A stretch of 64,000 nucleotides of DNA, from IMG/VR virus record IMGVR_UViG_3300029305_003442; one strand, written 5' to 3'. The stretch comes from a virus. Of the stretch, positions 14,218 through 26,210 are shown in pieces; position 1 is the first letter of the stretch, and each line of letters starts with the position of its first letter. The notes under the pieces were generated by a model, which was given only the letters and a program-made list of their open reading frames with translations, did not search any database and was not told the DNA's origin. A program made the position numbers and the translations under genes.

Positions 14218-17200
14218 ATGGGAAACAATGCTGTTTTTCGTGTTGCTCGTGGATTAGATGAAAAAATAAATCAATTACCGTATGATGATGGTAAAGTTTA
14301 TTTTGCTATTGATACTAAAAAAATTTATTTAGATGCGAATGAACAAAGAACACCAATGGGTGGAAATACTGGTATTTATTATGGTAAAGCCGATTTTACT
14401 GGTGAAATTGGACCAACTTTTATCTTTAAATTTGAAGATATTGATGGTGATAATTTACCTAATATTAATGATTTAATTTTAAATAGCGATGGTAGTTTCT
14501 ATAAAGTTATATAGATTTTAAATGAAGATGGTGAAATCTTTACCGAAAAATTAACAATTGCTGGTTCTGGTGGAGGAGGAGCTAATCCAGATGAACCTAG
14601 AGGAGAAATTAGTGTTGATATAAAATTTGATTCTACTGTAATTGTTGGTGAAAAAATTTTATTAAAAATTAAATTATTAGCAACAGATGCAGAGGGCCAA
14701 AATACTGGTGATGGCCGATATGAAATTAAATTATAGAATATATTAAAAAAGAGCGGTACTTTAATTAATTCTGCAGGAGAAGATGAAGCTATTGAAAATT
14801 TAATTGATATTACTGATTTGTGTGTATTACCTGGAGATTATACTTTTAGAGTGAATTGCTATGCAGATACTGGTAATCTTGAACCTGAAGTAGTACCAAG
14901 AAACATTAAAATTAAAGTAGTTAATTTTACTACTACTTGGAATTATACAGATACTACTATTAATAGTGTTTATTCTGATTTTACTATGACTTGGAGTACT
15001 AATGTTCAAGATGATAGTTATAGAGCTTATATTGTAATTGATGATATTTATCCTTTTGATATTAAAGGAACTTCACTACATATTGCAAAAGAAAATTTAG
15101 CTGATTATGGTTTAAAACATGGCGCTCATAAAATTGAATTACAATCTTTCGCTAAATTTGGTAATAGTTTAACTGAAAAATCAAGTAATAAGATTATAAA
15201 AAATGTAATCTTTTATGATAATGATCCAAATATAACAAATTATATTATTGCTTGTGATTTCTTTGAAACTAATGTATAGCAATATAATACAATTCAATTA
15301 CCAGTAATGATTTATCATGCAAGTAATATAAATGGTACAGCAACAATTACATTTAAAACAAATAATAAAGTAACTGAATTAACAAATTGTAAAAATTTAA
15401 CTAAATATATTTTTACTTATACTCCAGATAAAGCAGGATTTATTCCATTACAATTTTTAAGTGGTGGAACGACATTAGATTTAAATTTAAATGTAGAAGC
15501 TTTAGATATTAATGTTCAAGAAGTTTCTGGTTATGAATTTAAATTTAAAGCAACAGATTTTGCTAATGATGAAGAAGTTAAACAATGGACTTGTAAGAAT
15601 AAGCAAATTGAATTTTCTGAAAATTTTGACTGGATTAATGGCGGTTTAAAAAATGGAGATAATGATATCGGACCTTATTTTAGAATACAAGCTGGACATT
15701 GGATGAAAATTCCTTATAAACTTTTTGAAGAAGATTTAAAAAATACTGGTGCTTGTTTTAAAATGGTTTTTAAAGCTTATAATTGTAGAGATTATGATGC
15801 TACATTTATTAATTGTTTATCAAATGATAAAGGATTGGAAATGAAAGCATAGGGTGCTAATATCATATTAAATTCTAAAAAATCATTAAATACTCGTTAT
15901 TGTGAAGATACATATATTGAATATGAATTTGATATATGCAAATTTAATGAATCTAATAGAAGTGACCAATATTATACAATTTGGTTAGATGGTATACCTG
16001 CCAATGTTGATAATATGGGTATTACAGATTCATTTTTACAAGCTAATGCGCAAGATTTAATTATTGGTTCAGAAGATTGTGATGTATTTATTTATTTAAT
16101 TAAATTTTATAAAAAACATTTAACATTTAATGAACATTTATAGAATTTTATTATTGATGTACCAAATGCTAATGAAATTTTATCAAGATATGTACGTAAT
16201 GATATAATTCTTAAAGATTCTTATGGTAATGAATATATATCTCCTGAATTATTAGCTGAAAAAAATCCAGAATGTAATGTCTATTTGCTTGAAGTGCCAT
16301 ACATTCCAACTTCCAAAGATGATGTAAGTATTCCTAATCCAGATGATCCAAATAATCCTAATAAAGAATGTTGTACTTTTTCTCATTTAAAAGGTAGTAA
16401 AAATCATTTACGTGATTATAGTGGTGTTAAAGTACGCGCGCAAGGTACATCTTCAATGGACTATGGCATAGCGGCTTATAATATGGATATTAAATTTCCA
16501 GAAAAATGGAGTATGGATGAAGAAGCAATTCCAGTAAATTATATGAATATGAAAGTTAATGTTGCTTCTTGTGAAGGAGCAAATAATGCTTTAAATCAAG
16601 AATGGTATAATAGATATTAGCCATATAAAACTCAAAAACGTTTAGCTAATAAAAATGCTCGTGATACAATGGAATTTAAAAATGGCGTTGTATTTATTAA
16701 AGATAATAATACAAGTACAAATAGTGCTCCAACAAATAATAATGCTTTTGTTGAAATTGAAGGATATGTAAATAAACCTTATCATCGTATGTATTCTATT
16801 TGTAATTTAGGTAATTCAAAAAAGAATATAGATGTATTCCATGGTCAAGGTAATTAGTATGAGTGCTGTGTTGAAGTAAATGATAATAATACTAGCGGAC
16901 AACGTATGGTTTCACTTAATGGTTTTTATGAAGCTAATAAAGACTTAGGTGTTGAAGAACATGAAGTAGAATTAAATTTAAGTGATGATTTATTTGATGA
17001 AAACGGTTTTGTTAAACCAGGAGTTGATTGGGGAAAAACCTATGATGCCCAACTTGAAGGCAATGAAAATTTTACTGAAGAATAGAGATGGATTGATAAT
17101 AAAATGCTATGGAATAATGCAATAATAAAAGAAGGTATTTATGGTTTTAGATATTGCATTGATAAAGATGATTTTATTGCATCTGAAGAATTTCCTACTT

Positions 17201-20200
17201 ATGATGATTATGAATAGGAAATTAGTAATAGATTTTTAAGATTAGTTAGATGGTTTGTAAAAAATAATCCTTCTCAAGCTACTAACGCTCCATTAGAAAA
17301 TCCAATTGAATTTCCAACTTATATAATTAAAGGTATTAAAGAAACCGCTTATGCTAACTATAATGCTACTGAAATATTAGCTGGTACAGAAGTTAAAGAA
17401 GGACTTACATTTACAGTAGATTCTTCTGCCTATAGAGTTGCAAAAATGCTTAGAGAGAGTGAAAATTATTTAATTTTAGACTCTATTTTCTATCATTATA
17501 TTTTTATTGAACGACACAGTATGTTAGATAATGTTGCTAAGAACACGTTCTGGAATACTGAAGATGGTATTCATTGGGAATTAACTAAAAACTATGATAA
17601 TGATACAGCGGATGGAATTAATAATAGTGGACATTTAGCACTTGATTATGGCGTTGAAATTATGGATAATACAACTGATGGAAAAGAAATATTTAATGCT
17701 AGACCTTCATCATGGTTACATTTCGCACACGGATGTTTATCATTAAGAGAAAAAATGTATTCTGCATTATTTAATACAAAGGATGATACTAATGCTTGGT
17801 CTGCTAATAAATACTTAGAATTATTTGAAAGTTGGCAAAATGCTATTCCAGAAATTTGTTGGATTCAAGATTTTTATAGAAAATATTTTAGACCTAATGA
17901 TATTTATGGTGATGCATCTTATTTAGCGCGTTTAGCGAGTGGTAAAAAAACACATCAAAGAAAATAGTATGAACTTTATCAAGAACAATATCTTGATTCT
18001 GAATATAAAACATGTGCTAGACGTGGTGAAGCTATTTCCTGGCGTTCTATGTAGCCAAGTGATCCTGAAATTATGATTGATAATAAATATGTTTTAGGAG
18101 CTACTGTAAAAATGTATGCTGATGGATATTTTGCTATGGCTCTTGCTAATGGAGCTGGTACAGAAGAATCTGTAAATATTCATATAAGAGGTAAAAAAGG
18201 TTAGTTAATTAATTTCTCAAAATCTTAGGAAACAAATTTTAATGATGCGACTTGTTATATATATGGTCCAAGTTTATATCAAGAATTTATTCATGCTGAA
18301 TCAATATATCCTAGTTATATTACAGCTACAAATGCAACTAAATTAAGAAAATTTAGTCTTGAACCAATGTATAATAGTTAGAAAATTATGCTTAAAACTA
18401 GCTTATCTTTTGGAGATAATTTAGAAGAATTAATTTTAAAAGATTGTTTAAGTATTCTTGATGAAACTAGTGGAAAACCAACCAGTATTGACTTAAATTT
18501 AAAGAATTGTGTACGCTTAAAAAAGATTGATACAACTAATAGTACTTTATTTGCAAGTTATGAAATTGCAGATGGTGCTCCATTAGAAGAATTTTATATT
18601 CATCAACCAACTGGTTTATATTTATAGAATTTAAGATATTTAAATAAAAATAAATTCAATATTGAAAATTATGATTCATTAACATCTATTTAGATTAATA
18701 ATATTGATTATAATGATATTAATAGTATTGATATTTTAAATAATGTTTATAGACATAATAATTCAATTATATATAATTTAGAAAATGTAAAATGGAAGTT
18801 TAATAATGAAGATAATATCACCGATACTAATATTCCACTATTGGATTATTTGTTAACTCAATCATTAGCAATTGCTGGCAAAACGAAAGCTTTATCTTTA
18901 ACAGGTTCAGCAATTATACCATATGAAGCATATGATGGAATTAACTTATTAAGTTTATATGAAAAATATGGATTAGATTCTGGTGAAAAAGATAATACTT
19001 ATCCAAATTTAATTTTAAATTTCCTTGATAATAATGAAAATTCTAGATTATATACTATCAATATTGAAAATGGTGATGGTTAGATTGTTTGGACAAGATA
19101 GGTAGATAATTTTAATACATTAACAAATGAGATTTTATCCAATAGTGCTTTGGGAGCTTTTGACGCAACTGCTGCAATTGCTAAATCTTATAGCAATGAA
19201 TTTGTTTATAATTTTGCCAATTCTTGGGAATATATAATTAATAATGAAATTAAACCTATAGAACCATTAGATGAATAGGGAATGTATTAGTATTTAGATA
19301 TGTCTAAATTATAGAATGTTAATGAATCTAATATTACTATTCGTCCAGTATATATAACAGATACTCGTTATTATACAATTCAAATATATGATGTGTGGGG
19401 AGAAAAAATTCATGAAGCAAAAGTTGAATATTTAGCTTCTTTTGATGAAGTGCGTCCTCCAGTTCTTCCATTAATGAATGATTCTAATTTGGAATTAGAA
19501 AAGACATATTATTTAAAAGGATATGGAACTGTTAGAACTGATAATAGTATCATTAATGAACAAGATTGGAAAGCCACAGCTGATTTAATTTTATATACAA
19601 AATTTGAAGAAAAAAATGTATATGATATTGATTATTCTTCTTATTTAGATATAGATACAACTGGTACTGTATTAAATGGTTTAAAGAAAAATAAAAATGA
19701 TGAATATATTTATTAGGGGCAGAAAATTGTAATTCCAAAGTCTATTCAAACGATAGCAACTAAGGCTTTTGGTTTTGAACAAAACGATAAAGCACAAAGT
19801 AGTAAAACTAATTTAACAAAAGTTTTTTTTGAAACAAATAGTAATTTAATGTATATTAATAAAGCTGCTTTTGGTTATTCTAACCTTGAATATTTTGAAT
19901 TTGTTAATTCTATTGAAAGAATTGGTGAACAAGCTTTTAGAGGATGTAATTTATAGGCTATTAATTATAATGGTATATTAAAATTACCAACTTCTTTAAA
20001 ACAAATTGGTTAGCATGCTTTTAATAGTTCTTTCGGTTCAATAACATAGAATGTAGAATTATTCGTGCAGATCCCATCAACTATTATAGAAATAGATAGT
20101 TATGGTTTAGCTCACTGGGGACCAATAAAAGCTGATATTGCTATTGGTTCTTCCAATAGTTTTTCTAATTTAAGTTTAGAAAAAACTCAAGGTGGAGTAC

Positions 20201-20370
20201 CAATTATAAGTAGTAACTATGGTAATGATAAAGATATTTGTAATATTTATTTTTATACTAAAAATTATAAAGATAATAGCATTATTAATGGTATTCTTAT
20301 TGGTGAATTTTTTGATGATAAAAATTTAAGTAGTAATTATAATATTACTGTTCATTATATTGATTCGTGA
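14218..20370 (+). CDS. Giant virion protein (2050 codons, about 25 in-frame TAG) with central CotH-like (atypical kinase fold) domain and C-terminal BspA-type leucine-rich repeats
   Basis: GAAAGGAG SD; ATG 14218. All ten track ORFs 14218-20370 are frame 1, and every inter-ORF gap was translated and contains only TAG; TGA 20368-20370. CotH-like motifs: VKVRAQGTSSMDYGIAAYNMDIKF and FIERHSMLDNVAKNTFWNTEDGIHWELTKNYDNDTADG. LRR_5-like repeats: KAAFGYSNLEYFEFVNSIERIGEQAFRGC...LKQIGQHAF. Confidence 0.6.
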
Positions 20371-20379
20371 GGTAAGAAA

Positions 20380-20583
20380 ATGAAAAAAACAAAAATATAT
20401 ACTTATTTAGGTACAAATGGAACAATAACTTCTCCTATTCATTTAGAAAATATTTATAGTGTAGTAAAATATAATTTAATACCACAAGATGGTTATAAAT
20501 TAACTAATGATGGTATTAATTTTTATAACTATAAAGTTATAAGTGAAAATGAATTAGATCAATGGTATGAGGTTAAAGTTTAA
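20380..20583 (+). CDS. Small hypothetical protein (67 aa, no TAG)
   Basis: GAGGTAAGAAA SD, ATG 20380, TAA 20581-20583. Confidence 0.45.
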   Translation: MKKTKIYTYLGTNGTITSPIHLENIYSVVKYNLIPQDGYKLTNDGINFYNYKVISENELDQWYEVKV

Positions 20584-20588
20584 GGACA

Positions 20589-20612
20589 AAAATAATTAAA
20601 ATAAATTATTTT
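20589..20612 (+). terminator. Weak AT-rich hairpin (possible terminator of 20380-20583 gene)
   Basis: AAAATAATT-aaaata-AATTATTTT inverted repeat. Confidence 0.25.
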
Positions 20613-20637
20613 AATTGCATATAATATAGAAATAAAT

Positions 20638-20678
20638 ATTGATAGAGAATAATTTAAATTATTCTCTATCAATATAAT
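20638..20678 (+). promoter_or_regulatory. 36-bp perfect palindrome abutting a TATAAT -10 element, 23 nt upstream of gene 20701
   Basis: ATTGATAGAGAATAATTTAAATTATTCTCTATCAAT (20638-20673) then TATAAT 20673-20678; candidate operator/late promoter. Confidence 0.35.
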
Positions 20679-20700
20679 TCTATAGAAAGGATGAATATAA

Positions 20701-22605
20701 ATGATTACAAAAGTAACGGAACAAAATTCTGTAAAATATCAAAAATTATTCAGAGAAGCTGAAGAATTATTAAAAAGTACTGGTACTGAAGATATTGTAG
20801 TTGGAGAAACAATTGACGATTTATATGAATATTTTATTGCTTTTCCTTCAATCTTAAATGCGGCCGCTATTAAAGATGCTTCTGATGATAATAAAACTGG
20901 TGATCCTGAATATTACCAAAAGTATTTTACTATATTACCTTTAGATGAACCAGTATTTGAAATTAATGCTGATACTCGTGCGATTACAATTCCACAGCAA
21001 TTTAAAAGTATTGGTGTAACTGGTGATAATATTGCGGAAATTGTTTTCTTTTCTATTGATAGATTCTTTGATGCTGTTGATTTTGGTGCTCCTGAAATTG
21101 AAGCTGTAATTGAATGGCATCGTACTACCGGAGATAATCAAGATACTTATGTTGATAAAGCTTATATAAAAGAATTAACATTAAAAGAAAATAAAGTTTT
21201 AATTGGATGGGTTATTGATGAACGCATTACTGAAGAGCCTGGTACAATTGAATTTGCTGTAAGATTGGTTATGAAAGACGAAAAAAATGAAATTATTTAT
21301 AGTTTTAGTACATCAGCAGCAAAAGTAAATATTAATAAAACACTTAATTTTTATCCAGATGCTACTGAAATTGATAATACGGCGATTGCGCAAGTTAAAG
21401 CTCGTATTTTAGCAACTAATTCGCCTGATGTATCAAATGAAAATTCTTTAAATGCTCCAGCATATAATATTATAGAAGACGATGGTGATGAAATATCTAC
21501 AAATATTGATTCTATGGTTGATGATGAAGGAAAACCATTAACATATTCTTATACTTCTACTAATGATTTTTATGCCGATTTTAATGATGAAGATAATGCT
21601 TTAGTAGTAAATGTTAAAGCTAGAAGTACTAATGGTAATGGAGATGAACGTCTTCTTTATCGTTGGTTTAAATGGAATGAAAATGATAAAAACTGGCAAG
21701 CTTATCCTATTGGAGCTGTTGAAGCAGTTGATGGAAATCAAACTATTATTGATTCTATTGGTAAATTTAAATGTGTAGCAATAGATAATGTTGGTATTCG
21801 TAGAGCGACAAAAGATAGCCAAATTCTTCATATTCTTGGTCCATAGAAACCAGAAGTTAAAACTGCTGATGAAGGAGTTTATACTTCTATAATTTTAACC
21901 AATGAAGCAGATGGTATGGAATTAAATGTAAAACCAGGTCATGAAAATGATGTATTTTATGTTGATAATTATGATATTAATAATAAAACAAAATTATCTT
22001 ATGAATGGAAAAAGAGCAATAATCTTAATGATACTATTAAGATTGATATTGAAGATGCTTATGAACAAAAATATCAAGCAAAAGAAGAGGGCTATTATTA
22101 TGGTTATGCTATAACTTAGCGTAATTTAAAAATTGAAACATCTGATGAAGCTAGTATATATCGTGTAACTAAGCCTTTAATTCAACCTACTTTATAGTAT
22201 ACTGTATTAGGATTATAGAATGGTACTAATGGTAAAATTGGAGAAACTATTGAAATTGATTTTAGCACTTATGATGATGAAGGCAATGTATTAACAACTT
22301 ATGCTTATGATACAATTGATTATTAGTGGTATCGTTCTATGAATCAAAATCAAGGTGATAGTAGTTATCAAAAAGTTGAAGATGAAGACTATAATCAAGG
22401 ACATCTTACAGCTACTGATAGAAAAATTTTATTTACACCAAAAACTCCAGCAGCTTATAGAATTAAATTATTGGTTAAACGTAATGGATAGAGTATTCCT
22501 GAAAAAGATTTTGATGAAAATGATTCATCCACTTGGCCAATGTTAAATCAATTATAGACCAATGGAACTTATGATGAATTAACTATTTCAATGAGCATAG
22601 ATTAA
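20701..22605 (+). CDS. Virion-associated protein (634 aa) with Ig-like C-terminal region
   Basis: ATG 20701; 381 codons TAG-free, then frame 1 continues through 8 TAG (track ORF 21916-22119 same frame) to TAA 22603-22605. Confidence 0.55.
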
Positions 22606-22627
22606 TCAATAAAGGAGGTTATAAGAT

Positions 22628-23242
22628 ATGATAACCAATCCGGTTGATTATTACAATAAAATATTATAGATAAAAGATTTAAATAAACCTCAATATGCGC
22701 TTTTGCTTCCAACAGATGAAACAATTTATGATATTGATTTATCTACAAGAGAAGTTAAAGCACCTAAATTTTTAAGTTTACACAAAGATCATTATGCGGA
22801 AACCATTTATTTTAAAGTTGATAGATTTTTTGATAATATGGATTTAGCAGATACAGTTTGTACTATTTAGTATGTAAATGATGGTGTAAAAAAACTTACA
22901 GGTGAAGCTGATGCGGGTCGCATTTATTTAGTACCATTTTTTGATATTTTTACATATCGTGATGACAATAAAATGCTTATTCCTTGGCAAATTAGTGGTT
23001 TAGTAGCTAGAGCTCCTGGTAATATAACCTTTTCATTTAGATTTTATAAATTAAATGAAACAGGAGATTTTATTTATTGTTTAAATACTTCTCCTGCTAC
23101 AAGTAAAATTCTTAATGGATTAGATTTAAAACTTCCAGAAAATGATGAAGGTTATATGGAAGCAGGAATTGTAGATGATATTTATCATTAGATAGATATT
23201 GTGAGTAAAGCTACTGATTTATATTGGATTGAAGTTGAATAA
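22628..23242 (+). CDS. Hypothetical protein (204 aa) sharing a DRFFD-containing N-terminal domain with the preceding gene (paralog)
   Basis: AAAGGAGG SD; ATG 22628; frame 2 with track ORF 22973-23191; TAA 23240-23242; AETIYFKVDRFFDNMDLADTV vs AEIVFFSIDRFFDAVDFGAPE in 20701 gene. Confidence 0.5.
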
Positions 23243-23246
23243 AAAT

Positions 23247-23275
23247 TTGACATAAATAAAAATTTATGTTATAAT
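23247..23275 (+). promoter_or_regulatory. Perfect consensus sigma-70/sigma-A promoter
   Basis: TTGACA (23247-23252) - exactly 17 nt - TATAAT (23270-23275), 35 nt upstream of ATG 23310. Confidence 0.6.
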
Positions 23276-23309
23276 AATATAAAAGAAAAGAAAGGTTAGG
23301 TATTTAATT

Positions 23310-23615
23310 ATGGCAACTACTTTAACAATTAATTATTCTGTAAATGGAGTAGAAAAGAATCTTATATTAACTGAAATTACTAGATGTTCTGAAGATTTTA
23401 AATCTGAATATGTTTCTTTAAATATTTCTTGTAATGATATTGTTGAAAATAGTATTTTAGGTGAATTAATGAATTCTATAATTTCTGATATCATTTTTAT
23501 AGAAGACTCTGAAACTACCACTTTTACTAATTATACTCGTCTTTATAATATTAATCGTTCTTATAAAGGTGAAGGTTCTTCTTTAACTTTTAATTTAAGA
23601 GAATATTTTAATTAA
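23310..23615 (+). CDS. Hypothetical protein (101 aa, no TAG), first gene after consensus promoter
   Basis: Track ORF; TAA stop. Confidence 0.5.
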   Translation: MATTLTINYSVNGVEKNLILTEITRCSEDFKSEYVSLNISCNDIVENSILGELMNSIISDIIFIEDSETTTFTNYTRLYNINRSYKGEGSSLTFNLREYFN

Positions 23616-23651
23616 TTTATTAAATTAAAATGAATAAAGGAGGAATAATTT

Positions 23652-24821
23652 ATGGCAGCTGATGATAAAATATTAGCAACGTAGATTAGTACAAATTCTT
23701 CTTCCTGGTATCAAAGATTAAGAGCTATTTAGGCAAATAATAAAACAGGTATAGGCGGGTCTGCTTTATAGCAGACCGCCGACCCTGGTATCACTTCAGG
23801 AACGAAGATGACAGCAACACATATTAATAATTTTATTAATGCTTTAACAGCTTTAAAATCAAATGTATTTTTAGCTTATGCGGATTGGACTAATTATACT
23901 CCTTCTACTGTTTCTAGTGGTGGAAAAGCTAATGCTTCTACTACATAGACTAAAATTAATAATATGTTAACATCACTAGAAAGTATATGTAGTAATTGTT
24001 AGACATATAGTACAAATAGTTATTCTAATACTTGTTCAAATAATGCTACAACTAGTTATTCAACCTATTCGGAAAGTATTGATAAATATAATTATTCTAA
24101 TACATGTAAAACTACTTATAATTCCACAGAATCTACAAACTCTACTTGGAGTGAAAGCTGTAAAACAACTTCTAATAGTACTAATAGCTATTGTTCTGAT
24201 GCTAATTGTAGCGCTTATAGCGAGAATGAAACTTGTGCAGAATTTTATGTTGGTAATAGCACTTATTCTACAGATAGCACTAGCTCAAATTCTACTTATG
24301 GAGTTGGAGATTCTACTTAGGCAACAGATGCTACTTCTGTTTGTGCTACTTTATCAACTTATAATGATGAAATATCTTATAGTACAGATTGTAGTGATGG
24401 TTGTTGGGATTGTACTTTTCATTCTTATTGTCCTGCAGCTGAAGTAGCTACTTATAGCGTCGGAGAGTGTTCAACTAATGCTACTAATTCTGAAAATTCA
24501 ACAGAAGGAGTTTGTAGCACTTGTAGTACTAATTCTACTGATTTTTATTGTAATGAAAACTCTTGTACTGAACATACAAATAGAGGTACATATTCAAATC
24601 ATTCACAATGTAGTACTTATGGAAAAAACAGTACATATAATGATACTTGTCAAACTTGTGAGACTGATTCAACCACATCAAATACAACTTATACTTAGTC
24701 AAATTCTACATATACTAACACTAATGATGGTTATAGTACATATTCAAAAAAAGCTACATATGGAACATATACTAATACAAGTGGTAATTCAACATATTAG
24801 ACTTATACGGTAAAAAATTAA
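23652..24821 (+). CDS. Cys/Ser/Thr/Asn/Tyr-rich low-complexity protein (389 aa, 22 Cys, 9 in-frame TAG); candidate substrate of adjacent radical-SAM enzymes
   Basis: AAAGGAGG SD; ATG 23652; frame 3 verified codon by codon to TAA 24819-24821 with only TAG interruptions. Track ORFs 24043-24447 and 24478-24813 are other-frame shadows of this low-complexity gene. Confidence 0.6.
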
Positions 24822-24851
24822 TTGAAATGAGATAAAGGAGAAAATATTTTA

Positions 24852-26210
24852 ATGTTACAAGATAGAGAAACAATTATTTTATATACTACAGCAGTATGTA
24901 ATTTAAATTGTACTTATTGTTTTATTGATAAAAATCCAAGTTTAAAAAAGATAGATCAATGGCTTGATGATAGTTTTTTAAAAACTCCAGATTATTATTT
25001 TGAATATGCAAAAAAAGCCGTTTTACAAGAAAAACTAAAAGAAGTATAGATTTGGGGTGGAGAACCTTTTTTGGGTATGCATAGAGCCTATGCAACAATA
25101 GATAAATTTATTAATTATTTTCCAAATTTAAAAAATTTTATGACTTCTACAAATTTTGTATCTCATTGTTTTTTTGAAGAATTTTATGGACTTCTTGATA
25201 TTTTTAGAAAGCATCCAAATAGAAATTTTACATATAGTTTATAGTTATCATTAGATGGTGTAAAGGAAATAAATGATATTAATAGAGGTAATGGAGTTAC
25301 TGATCGTTTTATTATTAATTTTGAAAAATTTGTTAAAGAATTACAAACTTTATTACCAAACAATTTAACATTAAAAATGCATTTAAAGCCCACTATTGAT
25401 ACAAATTCTTTGAAAAAATTATAGACTAAAGAACAAGTTTTTGAACAATTTATCTTTTTTGAAAGCTTCAATGAAGTATATTTGAAATATAATAAAAAAA
25501 ATAATTTACTATTTTCACTTCCAATTCCTAATACAGCTTGCCCATCTCCTCATACTCAAGAAGATGGAATAATGTTTGCAAATTATTGTAAAATAACAAG
25601 AGAGCTTGAAAAAGAAAATAAAAATAATAAAATTTTTAAATTTTATAATAATATTACAAGCTTTACTCCAAGAAGAAAAATTCAATATGACAAACTTTCA
25701 TTATCAGGATATTGTCAAGGTCATTGTGGTAATGGAAAAAGAGCTATTGGTCTTTTACCTAACAATATGGTTTCTTGTTGTCATAATGGTTTTGTTGATT
25801 TGCTAGCTGAATATAAAAAGAATGTATTAACAAATAGTGAACATATGGATAATGTTACTATTGAAAAAAGTTTATTTAAAAATAAACGTAATACTTTAAT
25901 TTTCCCTTATGATAGTAAAGAATTTGAAATGTATCAAAAACAATTAGAAGTTTTTTATCAAAATGATGATACTGCCAAAATTTCTAATTGTGCTTCTTTA
26001 ATTAAATTATTGGCTGATTTTGAACAAATTGATAAAAAATATCAAGATAAAAAAGAAGCTGTTAAAGGTGCTTATTTTATTTTTAATACTACATCATATT
26101 GTGTTAGAGATAATTTAGGTGTGACTGGAAGCATCTATATGTATCCTGTTGGTTTAATTAAATTATTGCTAAATGGAGCTAGAGAATATATTGAGGAAGG
26201 ATGTAATTAA
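24852..26210 (+). CDS. Radical SAM / SPASM-domain enzyme #1 (452 aa, 3 in-frame TAG)
   Basis: AAAGGAG SD; CNLNCTYC (CxxxCxxC) at residues 16-23; IWGGEPFL; SLDGVKEINDINRG (anSME-like). C-terminal Cys cluster CPSPH...CQGHCGNGKRAIGLLPNNMVSCCHNGF consistent with SPASM/twitch auxiliary cluster. Track ORFs 24852-25049 and 25482-26210 share frame 3. Confidence 0.75.

Noticed and set aside
364-20370. Interpretation of the many short same-strand ORFs as decayed pseudogenes or frameshifted fragments
   Set aside because: All breaks are TAG, the fragments stay in one frame for up to 6.1 kb, and genes end cleanly at TGA/TAA followed by SD-ATG. Stop-codon reassignment explains it better.
24043-24813. Track ORFs 24043-24447 and 24478-24813 (Leu/Ile-rich 'membrane' proteins)
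   Set aside because: They are alternative-frame shadows of the low-complexity Cys/Ser/Thr-rich gene, which alone has an SD-ATG and a clean stop.
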